DNA of 64,000 nucleotides. Source: a virus (Duplodnaviria; Caudoviricetes). Shown one piece after another: positions 49,015 to 58,857 of the stretch (position 1 is the first letter of the stretch; each line of letters opens with the position of its first letter). The DNA lies in IMG/VR virus record IMGVR_UViG_3300033177_000258. One strand, 5' to 3'. The notes under the pieces are model-generated. The model saw only the letters and a list, made by a program, of their open reading frames with translations. It was not told the DNA's origin and did no database searches. Both the position numbers and the translations under genes were made by a program.

Positions 49015-50610
49015 ATGGCGGAAATCATCACAGCCAAGCAGACCGGCCAGGGGCAATTCAAGATGCTCCTGCGGCAGGACGTTCTCGCCGGCCATCGGGA
49101 GTTGGCGATGGGGGGCCAAGGGACCAATCTCTTTGGCGGCAAAGCGCGCGCCGGGCTCTTCGACACCATCAACACCTCATACTCCGGGGGCGGCACCGAC
49201 GCCACCGGCCTGTTCCAGATTCCAATTTCTTCCACTGGCGGCGACCCGTTCTTGGAGTGGCAGAAGCGCTGCGACTATGTGCTGAAGCTCTACTACTGGG
49301 ATGCCGTCGTGGGCACCAGCATTGACACCCTGTGCGACCTCATCTCTGCCGGTTGCCGCGTCGTGCTTTCCGGCAAGGAAGCTACCAACAAGAAGCGCAG
49401 CAGCGGCAATGTCGCCGACTTCTACAACTGGGTGGAGACCATCGGCCTCAACGACCTGATGCGCTGGTCCATCCGCGACCATACCCTGTTCGGCCGCGCC
49501 GTCCCCATCCGCCTGGGCGAGGTAGACGGCAAGAACAGGTTCTACACCCTGTACAACCCCGCCCACTGCGCCGTGCTCGGCGCCCTCAATGTGCAGTTCG
49601 ATGACATGCTTCAGCCCGCACAGGACACCAGCAACATCATCAAGGTGGGCGTGCCGGCCGACGTTCTCAAGCCACAGAACCTCACCTACATGGGCCTGCA
49701 GAACGAGAGCGAGTACAAGCCACCGCCGTGGATGAAGCCGTTCAGCGTGGGGAGCAAGGACTACTACGTCTTCGACCCCAATGTGGTCAACTTCATTGAC
49801 CGCAAGAAGCAACCCTACTCGCGCTACCCCGTGCCGTTCCTGCTGCGCGCCAGCTTCTCGTACCGCACCAAGCGCATCATGCAGCTCATGGACGAAGCGA
49901 CCGCCGAGGACATGGTGAACTGCATCGTGCTGGTCACGGTGGGCAACGACAAGTACCCGGCGAACGTGAAGCAGATTCGCGAAATCCAGCGCGCGTTCGA
50001 GACGGACAAGCGCAGCTTCACCGTGTACTGGAACCACACGCTCAATGTCCAGATGTTGCGCCCACCGGCCGGTGAGATTCTCGGTCGCGACAAGTACGAG
50101 GCCGTCAACGCCGAGCTCTATGCTGGCATCGGCGTCCCCATGTTCCTCGTTGACGCATCGGCGGGCGGGGGCGGCAGCGGCTACAGCAACCAGTGGGTCC
50201 AGGTCGAAGTCCTGTTGCGGCGCCTGGATGTTGCCCGGCTCGAAGTCAAGGCGTTCTGGGAGCGCGAGCTCAACGCCGTAGCCCAGAAGTTCGGCATCAA
50301 GGAACGCGTCCACATCGTGTTCGACAAGGTGGACCTGCGACCACAGGACCGCTTCAAGGCCATCGTACTCGGTCTCCGGCATTTGGGCCTCATCTCGGGC
50401 CAGACAGCGTTGGAAGAGGCGGGCCACGACCCGGCCACGGAAATCGCCCGTCTTGAGGAAGAGCTTGAGTTCCAGAAGAAGGGTCTCTTCATCTCTCAGC
50501 AGACCCAGACCAAGATGGCGCAGGACCCCGGACGGCCGCCGAGCGGCCCCGGCCAGGACTACCCTCCGGGCCGGCAGCCGACAGGCGACCAACCCACTCC
50601 ACAGGCATAA
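49015..50610 (+). CDS. portal protein
   Basis: 531 aa directly after terL; RKKQPYSRYPVPFL, LVTVGNDKYPA, GLISGQTALEEAG. Confidence 0.8.
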   Translation: MAEIITAKQTGQGQFKMLLRQDVLAGHRELAMGGQGTNLFGGKARAGLFDTINTSYSGGGTDATGLFQIPISSTGGDPFLEWQKRCDYVLKLYYWDAVVGTSIDTLCDLISAGCRVVLSGKEATNKKRSSGNVADFYNWVETIGLNDLMRWSIRDHTLFGRAVPIRLGEVDGKNRFYTLYNPAHCAVLGALNVQFDDMLQPAQDTSNIIKVGVPADVLKPQNLTYMGLQNESEYKPPPWMKPFSVGSKDYYVFDPNVVNFIDRKKQPYSRYPVPFLLRASFSYRTKRIMQLMDEATAEDMVNCIVLVTVGNDKYPANVKQIREIQRAFETDKRSFTVYWNHTLNVQMLRPPAGEILGRDKYEAVNAELYAGIGVPMFLVDASAGGGGSGYSNQWVQVEVLLRRLDVARLEVKAFWERELNAVAQKFGIKERVHIVFDKVDLRPQDRFKAIVLGLRHLGLISGQTALEEAGHDPATEIARLEEELEFQKKGLFISQQTQTKMAQDPGRPPSGPGQDYPPGRQPTGDQPTPQA

Positions 50611-50838
50611 GTGGCCGTTCTTGCCTGACACGACCGAGAAATGACGGAATACTTCCACTGTGGAGTTTGCACCGGATGCGTCTCCGCCTACGGCGCGCGA
50701 AGTCTCAACGAGATTTCGGGTTGGCCCGTACCATAACGGGATGGTGTCGTATGCACCTTGACACTTGAGCGTATCAGGTTGCGACAGAGAAGCGTCTGTC
50801 GCGCAAAACTCTCAGCGTGTGGGCACAATAAAGCCCAA

Positions 50839-50947
50839 AAGTATCCTGGGGTCAAGCTCCAGGTAGTTCCGGGGGGCGCCCGGCAAGTAGCTCGTGAAAG
50901 CGAGAAGTCGCACAAGCGGCAGCGTCACATGTCTTACGTCCTGCACC
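50839..50947 (+). ncRNA. orphan copy of the TnpB omegaRNA-like 3' scaffold plus putative guide
   Basis: About 88% identical to 56416-56505 with structure-preserving changes; no tnpB attached. Confidence 0.7.
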
Positions 50948-50973
50948 GAACTTCTTCCAGAAGAGGTCATTTA

Positions 50974-53547
50974 ATGCCCGAAACACAGCAGCACATCAAA
51001 GTGCTATCGGCACCCATTGACCTGACCCCGGTAGTGGCCGACAACTGGACGCAGCTCTACATGAGTTATGTCCTGTGTCATGCGCTGCCGGCCATTAACG
51101 CCAATAGCGATAGCTGGACCCCGGCCACCCTGGCCAACTCATTCAAGTCCGTCATCCACAGCCCGTTCAACATCGAGCACTGGGACACCGACATCGTGGG
51201 CCACACCTACGACGCCGCCCTCATCGAGCAGGACGGGCAGGTCTTCATCGTCGGCGCCGCCGTCATCTACCGCGACATCTTCTACTGCCTCGCGCACGAC
51301 CTGCAGAACAACGAGGAAGAGGGCAACAACTGGCGCGTCAGCATGGAGTGCTACTTCGATAAGGTGGCGCTCTCCTACAAGGGGCGCACGTACACCGAGA
51401 AGAGTGAACGCTGGAAAGAGCTCTCACCCTACATGGGCGCGCTCTACGACGGCAAGCCCGTCGTGCGGCTCCTCGGTGGTGCGGAGGATGACTCTCGCGT
51501 CTTCTTCAGCGGCGCCGCGCTGGTCAAGGTCCCCGCCGACACGAACGCGCGCATCCTCTCCGTCAAGTACGTTGACAACGATGGCAAGGCCGCCGAGAAG
51601 ACCTACGACGCATCGGTGGCGTCCCGCATCATCCGCGTCTCGCCCGAGCCGGTTGTCTTGTCGCGCGGCAGTCTGGCTACGGCTAGCGATGTCTCCCGTC
51701 GCATCGAAGAGTTGCGCGAGACCGTGGCCGAGCGCCGCGCCGCGAACTCCATTTCCAACATCTGCCCCCTCAGCTACGGGGACTGCGCCATGGCGAAGCC
51801 GAGCGCGGACGGCCTGGCCTGCCTGAACTTCGACCCCGTGTCGGCGACTTGCAGCAACTACGACCCCGGCACCGAACCACTGGATATAACCCCCATCGTG
51901 GATGTCATCGAGCAGCAGAGTTCCGTCAGCCCCGAGCCGGCTGAGGGGTCTGCTTTGTCGGGCTTCGAGAACGACCTGTACAAGCTGCAGGTATCCGAGA
52001 CGGACGCCGGCGTCATTCTCCAAGTCCTCATCAAGAACCCGGACGGCTCCTGGTCCGAGCACGAAAGCAACACCGTCCCACACGACATCGCAGGACAGCG
52101 CATCGAAGAGTGGGTCACGGTACTAGCTGACGGCCTGGACGATGTAGGCGAACTGGTTGGCGAGCTCGATGAAGCGATGGCGGCCGAAGCCGGCATGTTC
52201 ATCATCAGCGACAGCACTGACGCAGCCGTATGGACGCAGAAGTACGTCAACGACCTTCCTGACGCGGCTTTCGCCGGTCTCCTGCCGGGCGGCAAGAAGG
52301 ACGAGGGCGGCAACACTGCTCCCCGCGCCAAGCGGAAGCTCCCCCATCATGATGCTTCGGTCAAGAAGTCCGACGAGAATGGCAGTGTGGGCCTTGCCCC
52401 TCTGCGCAACGCGTTGGCGCGTCTGCCGATGACGCAGTGCCCGAGCAGCATGAAGAAGCGCATGAAGTCGCACCTCGCTGCACACGCTAAGGTGTTGCTC
52501 AAGGGCGATAGTGGCAAAAGTTCTCTGACACAGGCCACAGATACACGGAATACTTCTGACACGAGAGGTGACACGGCAATGCCTATGACCACTGAAGACT
52601 TCAAGCAGATGCTCGACGAGAGCGTCGCCACCGCTATCAAGCCCATCGGCGACAAGCTCGAAACCTTCGCCAGCGGACTCGGCGAGGTCCAGGAAGAGCT
52701 CAAGTCGCGCGGCAGCCAGCTCGACGGACTGCTGACCGCCCAGCGCACCGAGACCCGCCTGGCCCAGCTCGACCCGCTCCCGATTACGGACGATGTGCGC
52801 GCCCTGGCCAACGACATGAGCGACGAGATGTGGGGCAAGTACGTCGCTTCATCCCAGCCGTTCATCCAGGCCGCGAAGGACGCCGCCGCAGCCGCCCAGG
52901 CCGAGACGGAGACCGCCCAGGCCGAGACGGAGACCGCCCAGGCCGAGACTGAGACCCAGACCGAGACGCCCGCCGATGGCGGCGAAGCCCAGGCCCAGGC
53001 CCAGACCGAGACCCAGAACGAGACCCCCGCTGAGGGCGGCGAGGCCCAGGCCGAGACTGAGACCCAGACCGAGACGCCCGCCGATGGCGGCGAAGCCCAG
53101 GCCCAGACCGAGACCCAGACCGAGACCCAGACCGAGACCCCCGCTGAGGGCGGCGAGGCCCAGGCCGAGACTGAGACCCAGACCGAGACGCCCGCCGATG
53201 GCGGCGAAGCCCAGGCCCAGGCCGAGACCCAGACCGAGACCCTCGCTGAGGGTGGCGAGGCCCAGGCCGAGACCGAGACGCAGGACGAGGAAGCCAGCGC
53301 CCAGACCGAAGGTGGCGAAGGCGGCGAGGCTCAGGCCTCCCAGCAGCAGCCACCGGCCGGCGCCCAACTCCCCGTGACCAGCGGCGGCGGCGGCAGCGCG
53401 CAGAGCATGTTCGTCTTCCGTGGCCCTGGCGGCGAGACCGCTGCGGGCGGCTCAGTCGGCGAAGTGTCCGCGAAGGGTAGCTACGAGGCCCTGACCCAGG
53501 GCTACCAGAAGCTGTGGCACGAGCAGCTCAAGTCGTCCGACGAGTAG
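50974..53547 (+). CDS. prohead protease/scaffold-like protein
   Basis: NANSDSW..PFNIEH..IVGH..WRVSMECYF..FSGAALVKVPAD; acidic low-complexity C-term; position between portal and capsid. Confidence 0.75.
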   Translation: MPETQQHIKVLSAPIDLTPVVADNWTQLYMSYVLCHALPAINANSDSWTPATLANSFKSVIHSPFNIEHWDTDIVGHTYDAALIEQDGQVFIVGAAVIYRDIFYCLAHDLQNNEEEGNNWRVSMECYFDKVALSYKGRTYTEKSERWKELSPYMGALYDGKPVVRLLGGAEDDSRVFFSGAALVKVPADTNARILSVKYVDNDGKAAEKTYDASVASRIIRVSPEPVVLSRGSLATASDVSRRIEELRETVAERRAANSISNICPLSYGDCAMAKPSADGLACLNFDPVSATCSNYDPGTEPLDITPIVDVIEQQSSVSPEPAEGSALSGFENDLYKLQVSETDAGVILQVLIKNPDGSWSEHESNTVPHDIAGQRIEEWVTVLADGLDDVGELVGELDEAMAAEAGMFIISDSTDAAVWTQKYVNDLPDAAFAGLLPGGKKDEGGNTAPRAKRKLPHHDASVKKSDENGSVGLAPLRNALARLPMTQCPSSMKKRMKSHLAAHAKVLLKGDSGKSSLTQATDTRNTSDTRGDTAMPMTTEDFKQMLDESVATAIKPIGDKLETFASGLGEVQEELKSRGSQLDGLLTAQRTETRLAQLDPLPITDDVRALANDMSDEMWGKYVASSQPFIQAAKDAAAAAQAETETAQAETETAQAETETQTETPADGGEAQAQAQTETQNETPAEGGEAQAETETQTETPADGGEAQAQTETQTETQTETPAEGGEAQAETETQTETPADGGEAQAQAETQTETLAEGGEAQAETETQDEEASAQTEGGEGGEAQASQQQPPAGAQLPVTSGGGGSAQSMFVFRGPGGETAAGGSVGEVSAKGSYEALTQGYQKLWHEQLKSSDE
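52579..53547 (+). CDS. probable nested in-frame scaffolding protein
   Basis: Internal CGGAATACTTC at 52546, GAGAGGTG RBS and in-frame ATG at 52579. Confidence 0.6.
   Translation: MPMTTEDFKQMLDESVATAIKPIGDKLETFASGLGEVQEELKSRGSQLDGLLTAQRTETRLAQLDPLPITDDVRALANDMSDEMWGKYVASSQPFIQAAKDAAAAAQAETETAQAETETAQAETETQTETPADGGEAQAQAQTETQNETPAEGGEAQAETETQTETPADGGEAQAQTETQTETQTETPAEGGEAQAETETQTETPADGGEAQAQAETQTETLAEGGEAQAETETQDEEASAQTEGGEGGEAQASQQQPPAGAQLPVTSGGGGSAQSMFVFRGPGGETAAGGSVGEVSAKGSYEALTQGYQKLWHEQLKSSDE
52894..53340 (+). repeat. coding repeats (AQAETETQTETPA(D/E)GGE)n
   Basis: Near-identical in-frame units. Confidence 0.9.
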
Positions 53548-53642
53548 TACCTGACCAAGGCAGCAACCAGTCGTTTGACCGATAGACGTTCCCAATACCC
53601 GCCACTTTAGTGGCGGAGCATCCTGAGCACGAGGTGTAACCA

Positions 53643-54200
53643 ATGGCTCGCAAGTTCCAGAGGATTCTTGGTGGGTATGAGGCTCCGTTCTTCAAGACGG
53701 AGAGCGGCTTCATCCCCAACGGTGCCTCCTTGGTGGAAGCGGGTCTGGCCGTCATGTACAAGTCCGGTTCTCCGGTCGCTGACATTGACGAAGCCCAGCC
53801 CATCGTCCTGAGCGACGGTACTTCCGCCATCGGGCTCCTGAACCAGGATGTTACCCCGTCCCGTGCCGCCTCTACCCTCGGGTATGTGGTCGGCTCCAAG
53901 ACGGAAGGTAACTTCCGACGCCGCCTGACGCACGAGGCCGAAGAAGGCGACGTGTGCGCCGTAACCATCGGCCCGGCCCACTGCATCATCCCCGACGAGT
54001 GTTACGTCGGGACCCCGGCCCCCAGCAATCCGCTCTACGTGACGAACGCAGGCAAGCTCACCGCTGCCTACAACGCCACCCCGAGTGCGACCGAAGGCGG
54101 CCTCATGGCGGCGGTCTGTGAGAGCGCCCCCACGGCAGATGGAAACATCCGTATCCTTCTGCTGGGACCCTACGCTACATACTACAGCTACGTGGCCTAA
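53643..54200 (+). CDS. head decoration-like structural protein
   Basis: Position before capsid; LYVTNAGKLT. Confidence 0.6.
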   Translation: MARKFQRILGGYEAPFFKTESGFIPNGASLVEAGLAVMYKSGSPVADIDEAQPIVLSDGTSAIGLLNQDVTPSRAASTLGYVVGSKTEGNFRRRLTHEAEEGDVCAVTIGPAHCIIPDECYVGTPAPSNPLYVTNAGKLTAAYNATPSATEGGLMAAVCESAPTADGNIRILLLGPYATYYSYVA

Positions 54201-54217
54201 CAGGAGGTAGATGAGTA

Positions 54218-55174
54218 ATGAGCAAGACAGCCTTCCAGCGCAAGCGCATCGCCTCCTTCTTCAACCCGAAGCTGGCAGACAATGACATCAAGGCGGGCCT
54301 CGCTGCCGCCGTAGCCAGCCCCGACGAGTTCAGGAAGTGGGCCGCCAGTCTGACTGACCCCATCGTCATCGGACTGGACGACATGAGCACCGTGCGCGGC
54401 ATCTTCTCCGTCCAGTCGTTCTCGGTCGGCCAGGAGATTTCGTTCCCGGTCTTCAACAAGGACGAACTGGTGAGCCAGATTTGGACTGTGCCGCAGCTCT
54501 ACAGCCAGCCCACTCAGCTCCCCATCGCGGACATCGCGTACCCGACCACGTATGAGCTCGGCACCTCCATGGAGTGGCCGAAGCGCATGCAGCAGGACGG
54601 ACGCATTGATGTGGTCAACATGTGCCTCCGTCTCATCAGCGAGGCCATCGCCGCCGCCGAGGAAGCCTCCGGCTGGGCGCTCCTGAAGACCGCATCCACC
54701 GCCGCCAACACCGCCGTGCAGCTCGATGACGGGGCCGCGGGTCACGACTCGTTCTCGCCTCAGCTCCTGAAGCTCATGCTAGCCCGGATGATGGAACACC
54801 CCACCAACCCGCGCCAGCAGATGGGCCGGCAGCTCACCGACATCTACGGCGCGCCGACGCGCCTCCTCGACACCATTGACTGGACTTCCATGTACGGCAA
54901 CGCCGAGAAGTCTGCCGTCATCCGCAGCGGGGCCATTGACCGCGTGATGGGCGTCCAGCTCACCCCGTACTGGGGCCTGACCCAGTACGAGCTCTACGGG
55001 TTCGACCTGAGCGCCAAGGAAGAGGCCTTCAACATGGCTCTCCAGGGCGCCTTCGAGTCCGAAGAGCTGGTCGGGGCCGCCGACAACTGGCGCGTGGGTG
55101 TCCGGGTCCGCGAGATTATCGGCTTCCTCGTGAAGGATGCCCGGTACCTCCTCAAGGGTATCGTGGGCACGTAG
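54218..55174 (+). CDS. major capsid protein
   Basis: 318 aa, strong RBS AGGAGGT, position, followed by terminator. Confidence 0.75.
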   Translation: MSKTAFQRKRIASFFNPKLADNDIKAGLAAAVASPDEFRKWAASLTDPIVIGLDDMSTVRGIFSVQSFSVGQEISFPVFNKDELVSQIWTVPQLYSQPTQLPIADIAYPTTYELGTSMEWPKRMQQDGRIDVVNMCLRLISEAIAAAEEASGWALLKTASTAANTAVQLDDGAAGHDSFSPQLLKLMLARMMEHPTNPRQQMGRQLTDIYGAPTRLLDTIDWTSMYGNAEKSAVIRSGAIDRVMGVQLTPYWGLTQYELYGFDLSAKEEAFNMALQGAFESEELVGAADNWRVGVRVREIIGFLVKDARYLLKGIVGT

Positions 55175-55204
55175 TTAGCCACGAGCCAGACAGCAGGATA
55201 GGAG

Positions 55205-55233
55205 AGGGGGCGTCGCGAGGCGCCCCCTTTTTT
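55205..55233 (+). terminator. intrinsic terminator
   Basis: AGGGGGCGTC-GCGA-GGCGCCCCCT-TTTTT. Confidence 0.85.
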
Positions 55234-55271
55234 GCGCCCGGACCCTGCGGTACGGAATACTTCAAGTACCA

Positions 55272-56493
55272 ATGCCAACCGCTTACAGGTCTGTAACCAT
55301 TGCCAACCGCTTACAGGTCTGTAACCATTGACTGGCTCCCCCGCTCGCAGGCCGAGTGGGCTACATTCACGGCTGCCCGCCGTGAAGCTGGCCGACTCTG
55401 GTCCGACTTGGTAGAGCGCCATCTGCGCATCCGTCGCCGCCAACTCAAGTGGCCGTCAGAAAAGCGCTGGCGCAAATGGGCCAAAGGCAAGTACCCCAAT
55501 CTCCATAGCCAGTCCGTGCAACTAATCATATCCGAGTTCTGCGAAGCACTTGCTTCGGCAGCTACCCTGCGCCGCAATGGGCACCCAGAGGCCAACTACC
55601 CACATAAGCCTCGTGAGTTCCATGGGGTCCCGCATACGAACCAGGGCGCGGTGGTGCGGGATGCCAACTTGCGGTTGTCCAATGGTTCTGCCGGCTATCT
55701 CTACATCCCGCTCCCGCGTACCATTGTTCTTCCTGGCCGACTTATGGAGGCCAGACTCACCTATGGTGCAGTAATCTTGGTCTGCCAATGTGAAGCCCAG
55801 ATTACCCCGACCGGCCCCATTCTCGGCATAGACCTCGGCGTCAATACGCTCCTCGCCGCCACAGATGGCCAGACCGCAGTTCTCGTCTCGGGTCGCGAAG
55901 CAAAAGCCACAGTCCAATGGCGCGCTAAGCGTCTGGCGTCTCTCCGCAGTAAGCAGTCCAACTGTCACCGGGGCTCCCGTCAGTATGGCCGGCTCCAGCG
56001 CCGCAAGCATAAGCTGCTGAAGAAGTCTGAGAACCGAGTCAAAGACCTCACTCACAAGGCTACGCGCACGATTGCGGACGCGTTCCCAGGAGCTAAGTGT
56101 TACGTCGGCGAGCCGTTCAATGACGCCGCTCAGAAGCTCGGCAGACGCCAGGCTCAACAGGTTTCAGAAGCCTGCAATTCTCGCATTATTACGCAACTCG
56201 ACTACAAGACGGCCGGTGCCATTACGGTAGGCGAGGCGTATAGTTCCCAAACGTGTCCCGTTTGCGGAACTCGGAACAAGTGTCGGCGAACCTACCGCTG
56301 TTGTGACTGCGGCTTTACTGCCCATCGTGACGTGGTGGGTTCCGCCAACATCCGCTGCATCGGGATGCGCGGCGAGCTTGTTCCAGGCTGTGACGTGCCT
56401 AACGTCTGGACCTACAAGTATCCTGGGGTCATCGCTCCAGGTAGTTCCGGGGGACGCCCGGCATGTAGCTCGCGCAAGCGAGAAGCCGCTTAG
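55272..56493 (+). CDS. tnpB: TnpB RNA-guided nuclease (IS200/IS605 family); ATG frame disrupted by a 28-bp duplication, alternative TTG start at 55300
   Basis: LHSQSVQ, GIDLGVN (RuvC-I), VGEP, EAYSSQTCPVCG..CCDCG, HRDVVGSANI (RuvC-III). Confidence 0.9.
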
Positions 56494-56525
56494 GCGGTAG
56501 CGTCAAGACGCCCCCGCTTCTCTAT
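56416..56525 (+). ncRNA. omegaRNA (right-end RNA) 3' scaffold and putative guide of tnpB
   Basis: Hairpin series overlapping the tnpB 3' end, ending GCCGC-TTAG-GCGGT..CGTCAA. Confidence 0.7.
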
Positions 56526-56564
56526 CGCGGAATACTTCATAGAGACACTACGGAGGGTTCGGCA

Positions 56565-57599
56565 ATGGCAACCATCACCGTCTACCAAGGACAGAACGCA
56601 ACCCTCGAAGTGGCGTTTCGCACCACAGCCGGTGTCAATGTGCCGGTCTACAAGACGGCCGGGGGTGCCGAGGGCGTCAACGTGGTCATCAAGCGCGGCG
56701 GGGTGTCCATGCTCACCAGCACGGGGTCTGGCTCAGATGGTGTCTACTCTTTCCAGAACACCTTCTACCATGGGCAGTGGGAAGAGGGCACCTACAATGT
56801 GACGTTCAGTGGCTTCAACGGTTCCGGCACGGCCGTCTCCATGAGCGCCGAGCTCGTCATCCTCAAGAGCTACGTCTTCACCCCGAGCGGCAACCAATAC
56901 TTCATCGCCGACATCATCCCCTTCTTGGAGGAAGCCATCGGCAATGGCCCCCATTCCGCCATGGGGGAAATGGCGTTCGGCGCGTCTAACGGCACCAACA
57001 GGCGCTTCTCTGTCATGGGGAATAACCTGGTGCCTGGCTCTGAAACCGTGACGAAGATGGCGGCCAGCGGCACCCAGACCGGCTTCACGGCGGGGGCCCA
57101 GAGCAACGGCTACACCGCCGATTACGACAACGGCGTCTTCGACCTCACGGCGGCGCCCGCTGCCGGCGACAGCATCATCGTCAGCTACTTCCACAAGACC
57201 TACAGCCGAGGGCAGCTCACGCAGGCCGCAATGCGCGCCTGTACCGCGCTATCCAACCGTGGGCTCCTGGCAGTATCCAACGTCAATGGCCAACCCACCA
57301 TAGACACCAACCCCGCCACTATCTTGGGCATGCTCATGCTCTCCGCCCAGATTGCGGTCCTGGAAATGCAGGTCCAGGTGGACGCGCGCCGCAGCTTCGA
57401 CTTCACTGACGCCGGCCTGTCCATGAAGCGGAGCAGCATCCCGCGCAATGAGGCCCAGGTGCTCAAGGACTTCAAGCAGCAGTTGGAAGACCAGGTATGC
57501 GCTGCGGCCATGGACACCGTGGCTACCGCGCCGCCCGCCGACGCCGACCGTCCCGAGCCCCAGGTGATGATAAGCACCATCTTCGAGCTTAATCCGTAA
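56565..57599 (+). CDS. virion structural protein, head-tail adaptor candidate
   Basis: Position; beta-rich N-term and helical C-term FDFTDAGLSMKRS. Confidence 0.6.
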   Translation: MATITVYQGQNATLEVAFRTTAGVNVPVYKTAGGAEGVNVVIKRGGVSMLTSTGSGSDGVYSFQNTFYHGQWEEGTYNVTFSGFNGSGTAVSMSAELVILKSYVFTPSGNQYFIADIIPFLEEAIGNGPHSAMGEMAFGASNGTNRRFSVMGNNLVPGSETVTKMAASGTQTGFTAGAQSNGYTADYDNGVFDLTAAPAAGDSIIVSYFHKTYSRGQLTQAAMRACTALSNRGLLAVSNVNGQPTIDTNPATILGMLMLSAQIAVLEMQVQVDARRSFDFTDAGLSMKRSSIPRNEAQVLKDFKQQLEDQVCAAAMDTVATAPPADADRPEPQVMISTIFELNP

Positions 57600-57610
57600 C
57601 GAGGTAAGCA

Positions 57611-58060
57611 ATGGACATGCTGCTCTCACCAGAAGACAGGGCGCAGATTGCTCAGGACACCCATGATGTGATGCGCGCCGTAGGCCGACCCATCACCGTG
57701 CAGGTTGTCACGACAGCAAGCTGCCCAGTCTGTGGCGGGGTAGACCAGACCACTGGCTTCCCTAAGAACCCACTGTGCCCGACCTGCGATGGAACTGGAG
57801 AGAGCCACACCGAACAGCCGGTACAGATTCAGGCCGCTGTGCGCTGGGTGAAGACTGACGACCTGAAGTACACGGAGCCGGGCCGGGTGGACCTGGGTAG
57901 CTGCACCGTTGAAGTCGAGCCGCAGTGGCGCCCGTACTTCAAGGAAGGCATGGAGCTCATGGTTGACGGCCAGCGCGTCACCGTCGTGAACATCGCCGCA
58001 TCGGGCATAGGGCAAGTCAACCGCATCATCGTTGAGTGCCAGAAGGTAGTGGAGCAGTAG
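57611..58060 (+). CDS. head closure-like protein with Zn finger
   Basis: CPVCGG..CPTCDGTG; position. Confidence 0.6.
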   Translation: MDMLLSPEDRAQIAQDTHDVMRAVGRPITVQVVTTASCPVCGGVDQTTGFPKNPLCPTCDGTGESHTEQPVQIQAAVRWVKTDDLKYTEPGRVDLGSCTVEVEPQWRPYFKEGMELMVDGQRVTVVNIAASGIGQVNRIIVECQKVVEQ

Positions 58061-58065
58061 CGTGA

Positions 58066-58857
58066 ATGCGACGCCCCCTCATCAACCAGCGAGAGCTTGT
58101 CGAAGCCTTCCGGGCTGAAGTTCTTGAAGCCGCCCGGCGCTCCGCCCTGGAAGCTGCCCAGCAAGCCCTGCAACGGTTGAAGAGCCCCGCCATCTGGGGT
58201 TCTCGGCGCGGGGTCCAAGCGGGAGGCAAGTCATTGTGGGGGTCGGCCAAGTCCCGCCCAGGCTTTCACAGCGGGCAGTTGTACCAGGCCGTGAATCTCG
58301 TCGGCCCGTTCGTCACCGGGGACAGAGTGTACGTGGGTATCGGCGACATCAACGTCCTGGACAATCTTCGTCCTCCGTCCTTTTTCGTGCCCGGCCAGAA
58401 CAGGACCATCAAGCGCAACAACAGCCAGCGCCATGGCTACTGGTGGTACCTGGAGTACGGCGTGCAGCCCAACTCCAGCTACCGCTTTGTGCCGGTTGGT
58501 CTCAGCCCCTGGTCCAGGCGAGGGGTAGGACGCACTAAGGGTATGGCCCGCATCAACGACTGGGGCGTGAGCCGCAAAGAGAGCCGCAACATGCTCGTGC
58601 CCATCGCTCGCTCGCCGATGTTCAACATGAAGAAGAACCTGCTGCCGAAACGGCCGGCCGGCGCCGGCTCCAGGTTCTATGGCAATGCGGGAGTAGGCTT
58701 CATGGTTCGCAGCCGCGCTGGCGGACACCCTGGGGTCAGACCAACCTACATGTTCCTGCGGGCCCAGCGCGACATGGAGCGGAGGTTCCAAAGCCTCTTC
58801 AACACTCGCCTGCGGGCCATCAAAGCCAAGTACATGAAGAAACTCATGGGAGGCTAA
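58066..58857 (+). CDS. basic neck/tail completion protein (HK97 gp10-like)
   Basis: SGQLYQAV..YWWYLEYG..HPGVRPTYMF. Confidence 0.65.
   Translation: MRRPLINQRELVEAFRAEVLEAARRSALEAAQQALQRLKSPAIWGSRRGVQAGGKSLWGSAKSRPGFHSGQLYQAVNLVGPFVTGDRVYVGIGDINVLDNLRPPSFFVPGQNRTIKRNNSQRHGYWWYLEYGVQPNSSYRFVPVGLSPWSRRGVGRTKGMARINDWGVSRKESRNMLVPIARSPMFNMKKNLLPKRPAGAGSRFYGNAGVGFMVRSRAGGHPGVRPTYMFLRAQRDMERRFQSLFNTRLRAIKAKYMKKLMGG

Noticed and set aside
47188-50658. Long antisense ORFs (427 and 493 aa) opposite terminase and portal
   Set aside because: Shadow ORFs expected from high GC3 bias
50758-50973. N-terminal extension of the protease ORF from the ORF track
   Set aside because: It runs through the omegaRNA-like element; RBS AAGAGG supports ATG 50974
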